A DNA stretch of 63,909 nt, filler included, from Folioceros fuciformis (Eukaryota): the NCBI GenBank assembly GCA_049999805.1. It is 5 parts of 3 records of this genome, joined end to end, with 100 filler letters (N's around TTAATTAATTAA, not from the genome) between each part and the next. Parts side by side here need not be neighbours in the genome. Positions count along the whole stretch, not along the records: positions 62,533 to 63,909 come from JBNGIO010006499.1; 4 more parts are not named here. One strand, written 5' to 3'. The notes under the pieces were generated by a model that saw only the letters and a list, made by a program, of their open reading frames with translations, was not told the DNA's origin and did not search any database. The position numbers and the translations under genes are program-made. Every line of letters starts with the position of its first letter. Position 1 is the first letter of the stretch. This document shows positions 63,591-63,909 of this stretch, piece by piece.

Positions 63591-63909
63591 CCTCTCCGCG
63601 CAGCCATGACCATACCAAGAGTGACCCCCGTAGCCGGAGTTTCAAGGTGGACAGTGACCGCGACAAAAGACCCCACCTGCAGCGTTACTCCTACAACGGT
63701 GCTTGCAGCAAGGTGATGCAGGTGCTGGACAAGGGTAGGGCGGTGGCACTGGCTGCATCCGCTGGTTCCATGTCCGTGGCGGGGGACGCTTAGGTGTGGG
63801 AGATCAGCTGGAGATTCGGGCCTCGATGGGGGAGCCACCACAACGGTGTCGACTTGGCCGACCCCACCTAGCTTAGCCACCTGTACGGCCTTCCTTCATG
63901 TCAATCAAT

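Overview
Gene-dense land-plant nuclear DNA with short (mostly ~50-180 nt) GT-AG introns. It is most consistent with a hornwort (Anthoceros-like), inferred from the compact gene spacing, a DYW:KP-type PPR gene and a basal-body gene. Genes found: subtilase, CYP23-like cyclophilin, F-box protein, FAN1 nuclease, cinnamate 4-hydroxylase (CYP73A), NAL1-like trypsin-family protease, LEA_3 protein, PLS-PPR-DYW:KP editing factor, AP-1 sigma subunit, KUF1/SKIP25-like F-box-Kelch, FOR20/CEP20, and RUS1 (5' end lost in a gap). Mobile and decayed DNA: a gypsy protease remnant, a decayed PIF/Harbinger element, a near-complete Ty1/copia with two nonsense codons, a tRNA-Asn-derived element, and pseudogene fragments (aromatic amino acid decarboxylase, PPR, AGC kinase). 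The most striking item is the PPR gene at 39341-41647. It carries a non-canonical DYW domain (HAEKLA, no PG box, C-terminal DRL) of the class linked to reverse U-to-C editing, fused to an N-terminal OSB-type 'PDF' single-stranded nucleic-acid-binding motif. Four N-gaps contain an artificial TTAATTAATTAA spacer, so adjacency across them is uncertain. All family calls come from recalled motifs, not database searches.
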